A stretch of 64,000 bases of DNA from Leucoraja erinacea (Eukaryota), in NCBI RefSeq assembly GCF_028641065.1, contig NC_073383.1:23870001-23934000 (forward strand). The letters run 5' to 3'. The position numbers and the translations under genes were made by a program. The notes beneath the pieces were generated by a model. It was not told the DNA's origin, ran no database searches, and saw only the letters and a program-made list of their open reading frames with translations. This document shows, one piece after another, positions 51,285 through 62,208 of the stretch (position 1 is its first letter; each line of letters opens with the position of its first letter).

Positions 51285-51413
51285 TGTAAGAAGGAACTGC
51301 AGATGCTGGTTTAAACCGAAGATAGACACAAAAAGCTGGAGTAACTCAGCAGGTCTGGCAGCATCCCTGGAGAGAAGGAATGGGTGACATTTCGGGTCGA
51401 GACCCTTCTTCAG
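51285..51413 (-). mobile_element. 129-bp Penelope-derived unit with hammerhead-like core and 12-bp TSD
   Basis: Minus strand CTGAAGA-a-gggtctcgaccc-GAAA-tgtc. acaagtataata flanks both sides (51273-51284 and 51414-51425). Confidence 0.75.
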
Positions 51414-52451
51414 ACAAGTATAATAGGTAGTCCAAAGAGAAAAATACTAGTGTATAGAATCACTATAATAGTGTATAGAAATAGTTACCGTTCTGCTATA
51501 CAGTCATAGCTATCGGATAGTTCTTTCAGAGATCCACAGCAGACCTGAACAGCTAAATAGCCTCATGGGTTGTGCACTTTGATTCTAGAATAATTTAACA
51601 CCTTTAACAACTAGCAAATGCCTAACTTTAATTTATTGCTATGAATATGAATAATATAGTATTCACTCGAAAAATTGTAATATCTATAACTATCTCACAA
51701 TCCCATGAGCATATTGTAATATAATTTATTATCAACTTGTAGTCAATATTGCCAGCAATCAGATCTCCTGATATTTTGCAAAATTAAGCAGAATAATTGT
51801 ACTCATTTATTTGGAGAAAATCAAATGTTTACATTAAAAACATGATTACTACACAAATTTTATGCCTGGCTCATTTTCAATTATTTATTTTAAAAATGCA
51901 GTGGTCTGTTTTCACTGTCTGCATTCCTGACATAAAATAAACATATTACTGTAGTACTGATATTAAATTATATCACCAAATGACATAAAAATTCCCTTCA
52001 GGAAAACACATGCAATTTATATTTCTCCCTGTCACTTGAAAGATGAGTATATGGCTGAAATCCTGCTCCAGGATATATTACCAAATGATAGGGTTAACTC
52101 CTCTTTGTGAAATCAGTTTCTTTGGGCACCCAACTGGTATACATACTTTTGTGAAAGTAATGGATATACACTAAAAGTACTTCCACAATTTCTATGTGTC
52201 ACATTAATTTTCTTATGCTTTAACTGTTGACAAACCCATTCATATTTCAGACCACTTGTGTTGAATGACTAGCTTCTCTCCAGCACCCAATAATAATACC
52301 TAATTGTAATAACACCAATCTACTCATAACTGCAATTGTAAAACTCCTCCATTTCAAGCTCTTTCCTGACAATCAGCTTCAGTCTTTTGGAAGTGAGTGT
52401 CTGTTGATACTATAAGCATTTAACACCATATTCAGTGTGACATCTATGGTA

Positions 52452-55400
52452 CAGGTGCACAACCTTTTATCCGACAGCCTTGGGACCAGACACTTTTCGT
52501 AATTCAGAATTTGTCGGTCGTCGGAATGGAAATTTTTTAGCGTAGATTTTAATGGCTGGCTCAGTGGTAGAGTGCTCGGCTCATATCCGCAAGGTCGCGA
52601 GTTTGCGCCTTGATCCCGGCAGTTACTCGGTCGCGAGTTTGAGTCTTCAATGTAGGTTTTTTTTTGCAGAATAAATGTTTGTATGAAATGCAGTGTGTTG
52701 AATGAATTCCTCAATTTGTAAATGTGCCCGCAGCGTTGAATCACCTCCCGCACTCATGTCACCCTAGCGGGGCTACATGCCCTTAGGCGATCTAAGGTCG
52801 CGAGTTTGCGCCTCGATCCCGGCCTTTACTCGGTCCTCTATCCATTCCGAGTTTGAGTCTTCAATGTAGAATTTTTTTCTTGCAGAATAAATGTTTGTAT
52901 GAAATGCAGTGTTGGAGAGGTGTACTGACTGTGTGGGCAGAAACTTTGGAAGTGATTGCCCGCCAGTCTAAAAAGCCGCTGTGTCTCCCTGTCCCTGGGA
53001 TAGCAGGGGGCGATCAAACAGCACAATACCCCCCTCCCCCTCCAACTCCAGAGGAATCTGCTCCCTGATGGGCCGCTACGGCGACAAGTGGCAGTTTACC
53101 CACAGCCCGAGCTGTCGCCTCCTTCCGCCACCCCAAGACTTACCTTTGCACACCATCAGGTTCTGCCCCTAATAATTCCTCTAGGAGTTGGAGCGGGGCT
53201 GGGCTGGAGTTGCTGCTGGCTGTGGGTTCTGTTGGATCTCCGTCCTTGCAGTGGGCCTGGGGGTTCCTGTTGGTCCTGATAAACGTCACCGGCCAACCCA
53301 TGGACACCTTGAGCTGAGACTGGGACAGCTGTACCGCCCTAGCCCCCTCCCTCTGAAGAACTGCAAACAACCCAAACTCTCCTGCAAGGGCGGTACAAAC
53401 AAAAGTTGCTGGAGGATAGCAGGTAGAACATGGATAGGTGACGTCAGGACCCTTCCAGAACAGGGTCTGCCGCTCCCCCGATGGGCCCCTACGACGCCCC
53501 GAGCTGCGCCCCCTGAGTTACCGCAACCCAGATTTTCCTAAGTAGTTGGAGTGGGGCTGGGCTGCTGTTGGCTGTGGGTCTCTGTGGGTTCTCATTTGCT
53601 TGCGGTGGGCCTGGTGCTCGACGTCCAATTGGTCCTGACGTCTCCAGTGACTCGCACCGATCTGCTGCCATCGCCGACGTGAAGACAGTACAAAGCCCCC
53701 GCGCCGGTGCAATGACTGGGGAGCTACTAATGGGAAGAAAGATTTAAGGGGTCACACACATGGCCGGGAAGCAGAGGGGTGTAGATGGGGGTGGTGACAG
53801 ATGGTGGCCAATTAATGAGAGGAGAGAGAGACAGCAAATACCGACGTGCAAAGGAGACCTACAACAGTGCATGATATTCTCTCCCGTGGCAGGTGACTGT
53901 CAATATGGAAACTCAGGTAGCGACAATCTGCATTTTGCTGCCTCCCTGAGTTAAAGAGTTCCCAAATTAGACTCACGATACATAGGCGGCCTAGCTCGTT
54001 TTGGGATTCTTGAATCCCCCAAATAAATAATAAAGACGAGATAAACGTATTAAGTAGAAACTTTAAACAGAAAAACTGGTGAGCTTTGGTGTGCAGAAAA
54101 ACTTGAGACATCCTGGAAAAAATGTCCGGTTTCTTCATGGTAGGCGATATACCCTCCCGGGCAATATACCCTCCATAATTCTCTTTTACAAGCAATTAGG
54201 GGATTTAAATCCCCTTTTTTCGAGGACCGATTTGAGTAACCGGAGTTCCGCTGTCACCTCTGCGGGCCGCCCTCTGGTGAACGTCCTGTCTCCCTGTCCC
54301 TGGGATAGCAGGGGGCGATCAAACAGCACAATCCCCCATTCCCCCTCCAACTCCAGAGGAATCCGCTCCCCGATGGGCCGCTACGGCGACGTGGCAGTGC
54401 GCCCACAGCCCGAGCTGCGCCCCCTCATCCGCAACCCTGGCGGTTCCTCTGGAGTTGGAGCGGGGCTGGGCCTTTTTTGCTGGCTGTGAGTCTCTGGGAT
54501 CTCCGTGCTTGCAGTGGGCCTGGGGGTCGGTGTCCCGATTGGGGGCGCAGCTCGGGCTGTGGGCGAACTGCCACTTGTCGCTGTAGCGGCGAATCGGGGA
54601 GCGGCTTCTGGTGGTCCTGACATCTCTCAGCTCCTGCCCAGGGGGATGGCCGGATACGTCAGGACCAACAGGAACCCGCTCCCCGATGCGCCGCTACAGC
54701 GACAAGTGGCAGTTCATCCATACAGCCCGAGCTGCACATCCCAATTATAATATGTCCGAAGGAACCCGGGTTCCCCTGCAGTTGGAGCGGGGCTGGGCTA
54801 GAGTTGCTGCTGGCTGTGAGTCTCCGGGATCTCCGTGCTTGCAGTCAGTGTCCCGTTGGTCCTGACGTCTCCGGTGACCCCTCTGGACTGGAGCTGAGAC
54901 TGGGAACTGTACCGCCCTTGCCCCCTCCCTCTGCAACTGCAAACAACCCCACAGTTCCCAGTCTCAGCTCCTGTACAGGGGGGTGGCCGGAGACGTCACA
55001 GCCCGAGCCATCACCTGCTGCCCCTACGGGGACAGCGGAGAGCGTGTTCCTCTGGAATTGGAACGGGGCTGGGCTACTGCTGGCTGTGGGTCTCTGGGTT
55101 CTCTGTGCTTGCAGTGGGCCTGGGGGTCGGTGTCCCGTTGGTCCTGACGTCTCCGGTGACTGGCACTGGCTCCGGCGTGAAGACAGTGCAAAACCCCCGT
55201 GCCGGTGCAATGCGCGGGGAGCTGGAGAGGGGAGGGAAGGGGTCACACACATGGCCGGGAAGCAGAGGGGTGGGTGTAGGTGGGGTGAAACTGAAGGGAG
55301 CGACAATCTACTGCTGCCTGCACGCTGAGTTCAAAAAGTTCCCACGCAAGACTCACGATACACTGAGTCTACCGTGGGAACTTTATAACTCAGCGGGCAG

Positions 55401-55631
55401 GCAGCAGCATATTGTAAATTATTAACCCTCCCGCGCAATATACCCTCACCTTCTCTTTTATGAATGGGGATTTAGTTCCCCTTTCTTCGAGGACCAACCG
55501 GAGGTTCCGCTGTCACCTCTGCGGGCCGCCCTCCGTGAACGTTTTCAAGGACCTTTATTCAAGGACTGAAAAAATGTCGCTATTCGGAGGTTTTCGTTAT
55601 TTGGATCGTCGGATAAAAGGTTGTGCACCTG
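52452..55631. mobile_element. Non-autonomous pogo/Tigger-like DNA transposon with 3.1-kb GC-rich cargo
   Basis: Perfect 24-bp TIR caggtgcacaaccttttatccgac, TA TSD, MER46/Tigger4-like subterminal cttgggaccaga. No transposase ORF. Confidence 0.85.
52553..52665 (+). ncRNA. tRNA-Met(CAT)-like Pol III head with oligo-T terminator (SINE-like, not a true tRNA)
   Basis: A-box tggctcagtgg, cgg-ctCATat-ccg arm, aaggtcgcgagtt with a degenerate B-box, and a T-run at ~52657. Confidence 0.4.
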
Positions 55632-55791
55632 TACTAAACTAAATTATTTATAACTCTCGCTGATAGTTCTGTAGAATACTGCACTGATGTCCTCTTTGTG
55701 ATTTAGCTTGTTTCCAACTTCCCCACCTAGAGATGAAACAGACAAATCATAATACAAGTTGCAAGTCAGATAACAACATATCTGGACTGAT

Positions 55792-55890
55792 GTGTAAGAA
55801 AGAACAGATGTTGGTTTAAATCGAAGGTAGACACAAAATGCTGGAGTAACTCAGCGGGACAGGCAGCATATCTGGAGAGAAGGAATGGGA
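55792..55890 (-). mobile_element. Penelope-derived short repeat (truncated)
   Basis: Homologous to 51285-51385. Confidence 0.75.
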
Positions 55891-57756
55891 GCACATAAAT
55901 GTTAAGCTGTGGCACCAAATGTACTTTGCATCCAGCCTGCCAGTTGTATAGAGGTCCGAGCCTTTATATAGAGCTAGCCCATTTGTTTGAATTAGATTGC
56001 TGCATCTGAATCAGCTTCAGAATCAAGACCTACATGCAATGAATCCCATGAAGCCTTATATAAGCAAGTGTTGCCACAGGAAAACAGTAGATGGCAATTC
56101 AGATTCAGCCTATTTATACGTGAGTAGCCAAAACATTTGAGAAATTTGCTGCAATGTGAAATTAGTTGATGGAAAACAAATGTTCACTCATTTTCTACAT
56201 TTTATTGTTAATAATTGATCAAATTATCTTTTAAACCTTGTTAAAGTGATTGGATATAGCATGGAAGAAGGCTGTTCAGCCATTTATGTTCCTACTCTTT
56301 GAAGAGCATTCCCACGTCATTCCCAATAGTTAACCAATTCCTTCTGAAAGTCCTGATTTTAACTTTCATCCACTTTACAGGTAATATTCATTCTATCTGT
56401 GAATTAGACTTAGCCTTACATGGCTTTATCTTCCCATTTAAATATGTTTGCCCTGGTCACTGCAAGAACCACTAATTTACATTATCTAAATTCTTCATGA
56501 TCATGTAAACCTCTATCAAATCCCAACAAGCTTCTTTGTTTTAAAAGTAACAACTCTTATCTTGTCTCTTATCTTTTGTTAATGTGCCATTGTAACAACA
56601 TATCAAATAGATCAGGGATATTAGTTTTTTTCATGTGTAGAAGGATGCAGGTGATGTTTTGGAACCCTTCTACAGACTGAGAGTCAGGGGAGAGGGAAAC
56701 TAGAGATATGAAAAGTTACAGAACATGTCATAGCCTTTCTTCATTCCATAAATCATGTAAAAAGGTGAACTATATATTCATCATTTAAAATTATAAACAT
56801 GCTAACTTTTGCAGATCTTCTGAGATAATGAAGTGCTTAAAAAAAACACAAGTTATTGGATTCATCTTTTTTCTTTTGTTCATGCAGGCAAATCCGCTGG
56901 CTTTCAACTGAAATAGTGCAGATTTTGTGACCGATTGCAACACAAGGTTGCAAATAAAAAACAATCTTGGATTTCAATTCTTTCTGTTGCAAATGATACA
57001 ACAGCAGTTATGTGTTTGCCATCCGCATTGACTGGGGACAAGCTTAGAAAAGACTAGTGGGTGTTTGAATAATCTTGATCTGAATGATGTCTGCAGAATA
57101 CATAACCATTATTTACACACTATACTATATATCAAGACAACTAAACATTTCATTTCACATTTCTTTCCTTTCTAAACTGGAAGTAATAATTAAGCAGTTT
57201 AATAAAGCTACTACGTAGTGCCAGGGATGAAGTTTCCATCCTAACTTCGGATGTTGTCTGTGTGGAGCCTTCTCCCTGTGGCCACACCAGTTTCCTCTGG
57301 TGCAGCGTCTTTCCCCAACATCCCATAGATGTGGGTTGCTATGTTAATTGTCTACTATGAATTGCATCAAGCATCTTGGTGACTGGTAGAATCTGGACAG
57401 GGTATTGAAAATGTCATAGATAGAGTCGTACAGCATGGAAACAGGCCCTTTAGCCCAACTTGCCCACACCGACCAAAATTTTATCCATCAATACTAGTCC
57501 CACCTGCCTGTTTTTGGTCCATAGACCGCCAAACCTGTTCTATCCATGTACCTGTCTAATTGTCTCTTAAACAATCTTGGATTTCAATTCCTTTTGTTAC
57601 AAAGGATACAACAACAGTTATGTGTTTGCCATTTGCATTGACTGTGGACAGGCTTAAAGACAGTCCCTGTCTCAACTACCTCCTTTGGTAGCTCATACCA
57701 TACACCCAGCACCCTTTTAATTCCTATTAAATCTTTCCCCCTTCACTTTAAACATA

Positions 57757-59543
57757 CAGTGCCCTCCATAATGTTTGGGACAAAGACCCATCATTTATTT
57801 ATTTGCCTCTGTACTCCACAATTTGAGATTTGTAATAGAAAAAAATCACATGTGGTTAAAGTGCACATTGTCAGATTTTAATAAAGGCCATTTTTATACA
57901 TTTTGGTTTCACCATGTAAAAAATACAGCCTTGTTTATATGTAGTCCCCCCATTTCAGGGCACCATAATGTTTGGGACACATGGTTTCACGGGTGTTTGT
58001 AATTGCTCAGGTATGTTTAATTGCCTCCTTCATGCAGGTATAAGAGAGCTCTCAGCCCTTAGTCTTTCCTCCAGTCTATCCATCACCTTTGGAAACTTTT
58101 ATTGCTGTTTATCAACATGAAGACCGGGGTCAAGGAAAGAGTGTTCACGTCGCGGCCCTGTTTCTACCATGACACAGAAGAAACACAAGAAGCGACAAGA
58201 CAGACACCATCATTTACAGATGCCGAGAAGTGTGTTCCGCTCTGGCTGAACAACTTATAATCTTGTGTGCGGACTCGAGAAGAAGAACATGAGGACCAAA
58301 GTTGTGCCAATGAAGTCAAAGAAGCCATTATGTGACTGAGAAACAATAATAAAACTGTTAGAGACATCAGCCAAACCTTACGCTTACCAAAATCATCTGT
58401 TTGGATCATCATTAAGAAGAAAGAGAGCACTGATGAGCTTACTAATCGCAAAGGGACTGGCAGACCAAGGAAGACCTCCACAGCTGATGACAGAAGATTT
58501 TGCTTTATAATAAAGAAAAATCCCCAATCACCTGTCCGACAGATCAGGAACACTCTTCAGGTGTGGATTTATCAATGACCGCTGTCCGCAGCAGACTTCA
58601 TGAACAGAAATAGAGGATACACTGCAAGATGCAAACCACAGGTTAGCCGCAAAAATAGGATGGCCAGGTTGCAGTTTGCCAAGAAGTAATTAAAAGAGCA
58701 ACCACAGTTCTGGAAAAAGGTCTTGTGGACAGATGAGACGAAGATTAACTTATATCAGAGTGATGGCAAGAACAAAGTATGGAGGAGAGAAGGAACTGCC
58801 CAAGATCCAAAGCATACCACCTCATCTGTGAAACACGGTGGTGGGGGTGTTATGGCCTGGGCACGTATGGCTGCTGAAGGTACTGGCTCACTTATCTTCA
58901 TTGATGATAGCATAATGAATTCTAAAGTGTATTGACAGATCCTATCTACTCAAGTTCAAACAAATGCCTCAAAACTCATTGGCTGGCGGTTCATTCTACA
59001 GCAAGACAATGATCCTAAACATACTGCTAAAGCAACAAAGGAGTTTTTCAAAGCTAAAAAATGGTCAATTCTTGAGTGGCCAAGTCAATCACCCGATCTG
59101 AACCCGATTTGAGCATGCCTTTTATATGCTGAAGAGAAAACTGAAGGGGGCCAGCCCCCAAAACAAGCATAAGCTAAAGATGGCGACAATACAGGCCTGG
59201 CAGAGCATCACCAGAGAACTGGTGATGTCCATGAATCGCAGACTTCAAGCAGTCATTGCATGCAAAGGAAATGCAACAAAATACTAAGCATTATTGCTTT
59301 CATTTACAAGACATTGCTGTGTCTCAAACATTATGGTGCCCTGAATTGGGGGGACTATGTATAAACACTGCTGTAATTTCTACACGGTGAAACCAAATTG
59401 TATAAAAATGACCTTTATTAAAATCTGACAATGTGCACTTTAACCACGTGTGATTTTTTTTCTATTACAAATCTCAAATTGTGGAGTACAGAGGCAAATA
59501 AATAAATGATGGGTCTTTCTCCCAAACATTATGGAGGGCACTC
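57757..59543 (+). mobile_element. Tc1 transposon, IR/DR type, full length, decayed DD34E transposase
   Basis: ~225-bp TIRs, each with two ccataatgtttgggaca repeats. [32 protein letters not shown] and [11 protein letters not shown] motifs with stops and frameshifts. Confidence 0.95.
58126..58285 (+). mobile_element. 160-bp retroposed insertion (possibly RTE-clade 3' end)
   Basis: 12-bp TSD aacatga(a/g)gacc and a (gaa)3 tail. Confidence 0.6.
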
Positions 59544-60653
59544 TATGTCCTCTGGTTCTCGATTCTCCTACTCTGGGCAAGAGACTCTGTGTGTCTACCC
59601 GAACTATTCCTCTCATGATTTTATACATGATTTTATACACCTCTATAGAATCACCCCTCACCCTCCTGCACACCCCAGGGCCCTACCATTCACTGTGTAG
59701 TTTCTGCCCATGTTAGACTTTCCAAAATACAACACCTCACATTTCTCTGTATTGAATTCCATCAACCATTCCGCAGCCCACCTGCCACTTGATCAAGATC
59801 CTGTTGCAATTTTTGAGGTTCATCTTGAGTATCTTCAATACCACCCACTTTTGTATCATCTGCAAACTTGCTAGTCTTGCCATGTACATTCTCATGCAAA
59901 TCATGGATACAGATGACAAACAGTAATGGGTCCAGCACCAAACCCTGAGGCAAATCGCTAGTCACAGATCTCCAGTTCGAGAAGTAACCTTCCACCATCA
60001 CCCTCTGCTTTCTTCCATGAAGCCAATTTTCTATACATTCAGCTACCTCTCCTTGGTTCCCATCTAACCTTCCAGAGCAATCTACCATGTGGAACCTTGT
60101 CAAATGCTTTGCTGAAGTCCATATATACATCTACAACTTTGCTCTCATCAACCTTCTTGGTCACATCTTAAAAAACTCAATCAGATTTGTGAGACTCCCA
60201 TGTACAATACCATGTGGACTGTCCCTAATCAGCCATTGTCAATTTAAATGCATGTATATCCTATCCCTCAGAATACCATCTGGTAACTTTCCAACTAAAG
60301 ATGTTAAGCTCCATGGCCTATAGTTTCTAGCCTTTTCCCTGCAGCCCATCTTGAATGGAAGCACAACATTTGCCACCCTCCGGTCTTCTTGTATTTAATG
60401 ACGACTTGTAAATTTCATTCAGGGCTTCCGCAATTTCCTCTCTAGCTTCCCACGGATATATCGGATCTGGCCCAGGAGATTTGTCTACCTTCATGCGCGT
60501 CAGGATCTTCAGCACCTCTTCGACCGTAATACTGACAATGGCCTCATTTGAAGGAATTAAAATAAGGATTAGTGTAGAATTAGTGTAAACAGCTGGTTGA
60601 TGATCAATGTAGATTTGGTGGGCTGAGGGTGTGTTGTATATGTCTCCATTAGT

Positions 60654-60756
60654 GTATTTAGTTTGGAGATAAAGCGCGGAAACAGGCCATTCAGCCCACA
60701 GAATCTGTGCCGACCAGCAATCCCCGCACACTAACACAGCTACACATTGTATGGAC
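60654..60756 (-). mobile_element. V-SINE 3' part, interrupted by DIRS-C
   Basis: tttagtttggagataaagcgcggaaacaggcc...cactaacac...ggacaat. Confidence 0.75.
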
Positions 60757-61238
60757 AATAGTAAGCTTAAACGAGAACTTACCAGTTTGAAGTTTGATCT
60801 TTATTTTATGAGGAGTTACGATGAGGGATTACGTGAAGACCCCGCCAGCACGCATGCGCGACATTCTTCAAAGCAGTGGTGTGGAATCACAGAACACAGT
60901 AATTCAAATAAACATAGTAAAGATAAGAAGAACTAGGATACCAGTTGACCTTTATAATTGAGGGTGGGAACAGAGGGCACGTAATCCCTCATCGTAATCC
61001 CTCATGAAACTGGTAAGTTCTCGTTTAATCTTACTATTTTACTTTGGAGTCACGTGAGTGACTACGTGAAGATTTTAAAGCTCTGTGATTTGAAGCCGTG
61101 TAACAGTGCCGAGTCATCCAAGGGAAGAAGTATGTTATCGTAATTAAACATGAATCAGTTTTTTTTAAACTATAACAATATTTATTTTAAACAAAGAAAA
61201 TAACGCTCCCCTGGGCTTAAATTATATATTTGCAGAAT

Positions 61239-62208
61239 TTAAAATCCTTTCTGCAACAATGCAGGTTTGGCAATCGGCTTATTATTATAACGTTTGGAAA
61301 GTTCTTTCCGTGGACCACCCCGCTGTTGCCAGGATATGGTCCATTGGTACGTCCATATTCCTAGCCGCCGATGTTGCTGCTGCCCTGGTGGAGTGAGATT
61401 TAAAAATGTCAGTATCCACCCAGCAGCTCCCAATACCTGTCTGAGCCATCTTGAGATGGTTTGTACCGACACCCGACCATGTGGCTTTTTGAAGCTGACC
61501 CACAGTGCCTTTTCTCCCATCTCGGGATGCTTTGGTTGTGCTAAGATATAGCAGTAGATGTGGCATGACACATAAACGGGGGTCAGGTGGGTACGCCCGG
61601 AATTCCATTGTTAGGCCTGAAGTTCCCGGTCTGCTCTGCTTGACCAGCTCCCAGATTGTGAATGTAATTTGGTCAGCTGATATGACCATATTGTCCAGTC
61701 TTAGATGGTGTAGGGACTGGACCCTTTGGGCTGAGACTAAAGCCATCAGCATTACCGTTTTCAGGGTGAGCTGTTCCAGAGTCAGGGATCTGGCTGGTGA
61801 CCATCCCCTTAGAAATGACAGGACGACACTGACGTCCCAGATCTGGGTGTACCTTGGTCTAGGGGGGTTGGTATTAAAAATACCTTTCATTAGTTTGGCC
61901 ACCAGCGGATGTGATCGCATGGACTGTTGTCCTGGTGCCTGCCATAGATAGGCTGACAGAGCACTCCTAGCACAATTAATTGTGCTGTAACTCAGACCTT
62001 CATCGTAGTGAAGGCTGGACAGGAACTCCAATACGTTCGTTATTGTCGCTGTTCTATATGTCGCCCCAGTCCTCGAGCAGTATGCTTCCCACTTTCTGAT
62101 GCTGGAGAGGTACTGTTTCTTGGTGGACTGTCGGTAAGATGCCGTCATCATGTCCATGGACCTGTTTGATAGTCCCAGATCCAATAGTGGTCTTTTTAAA
62201 TTCTGCAA
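61239..62208 (-). pseudogene. DIRS tyrosine recombinase (frameshifted near the C-terminus)
   Basis: YSTINCARSALS, ALVSAQRVQ (catalytic R), HSTRAAATS and AGWSTERTF. Confidence 0.92.

Larger units (their letters stand above)
57413..60550 (-). mobile_element. CR1 (HER1-like) LINE split by the Tc1 insertion
   Basis: The CR1 sequence aaacata|...|tatgtcctctgg is continuous across the Tc1. KFADDTK at ~59850. Confidence 0.85.

Noticed and set aside
52553-52620. Functional tRNA-Met gene
   Set aside because: No acceptor stem or canonical TTC T-loop, so it is kept only as a tRNA-like head.
52800-55640. Many overlapping 60-170 aa ORFs
   Set aside because: By-product of GC-rich repeated modules, with no recognisable domain.
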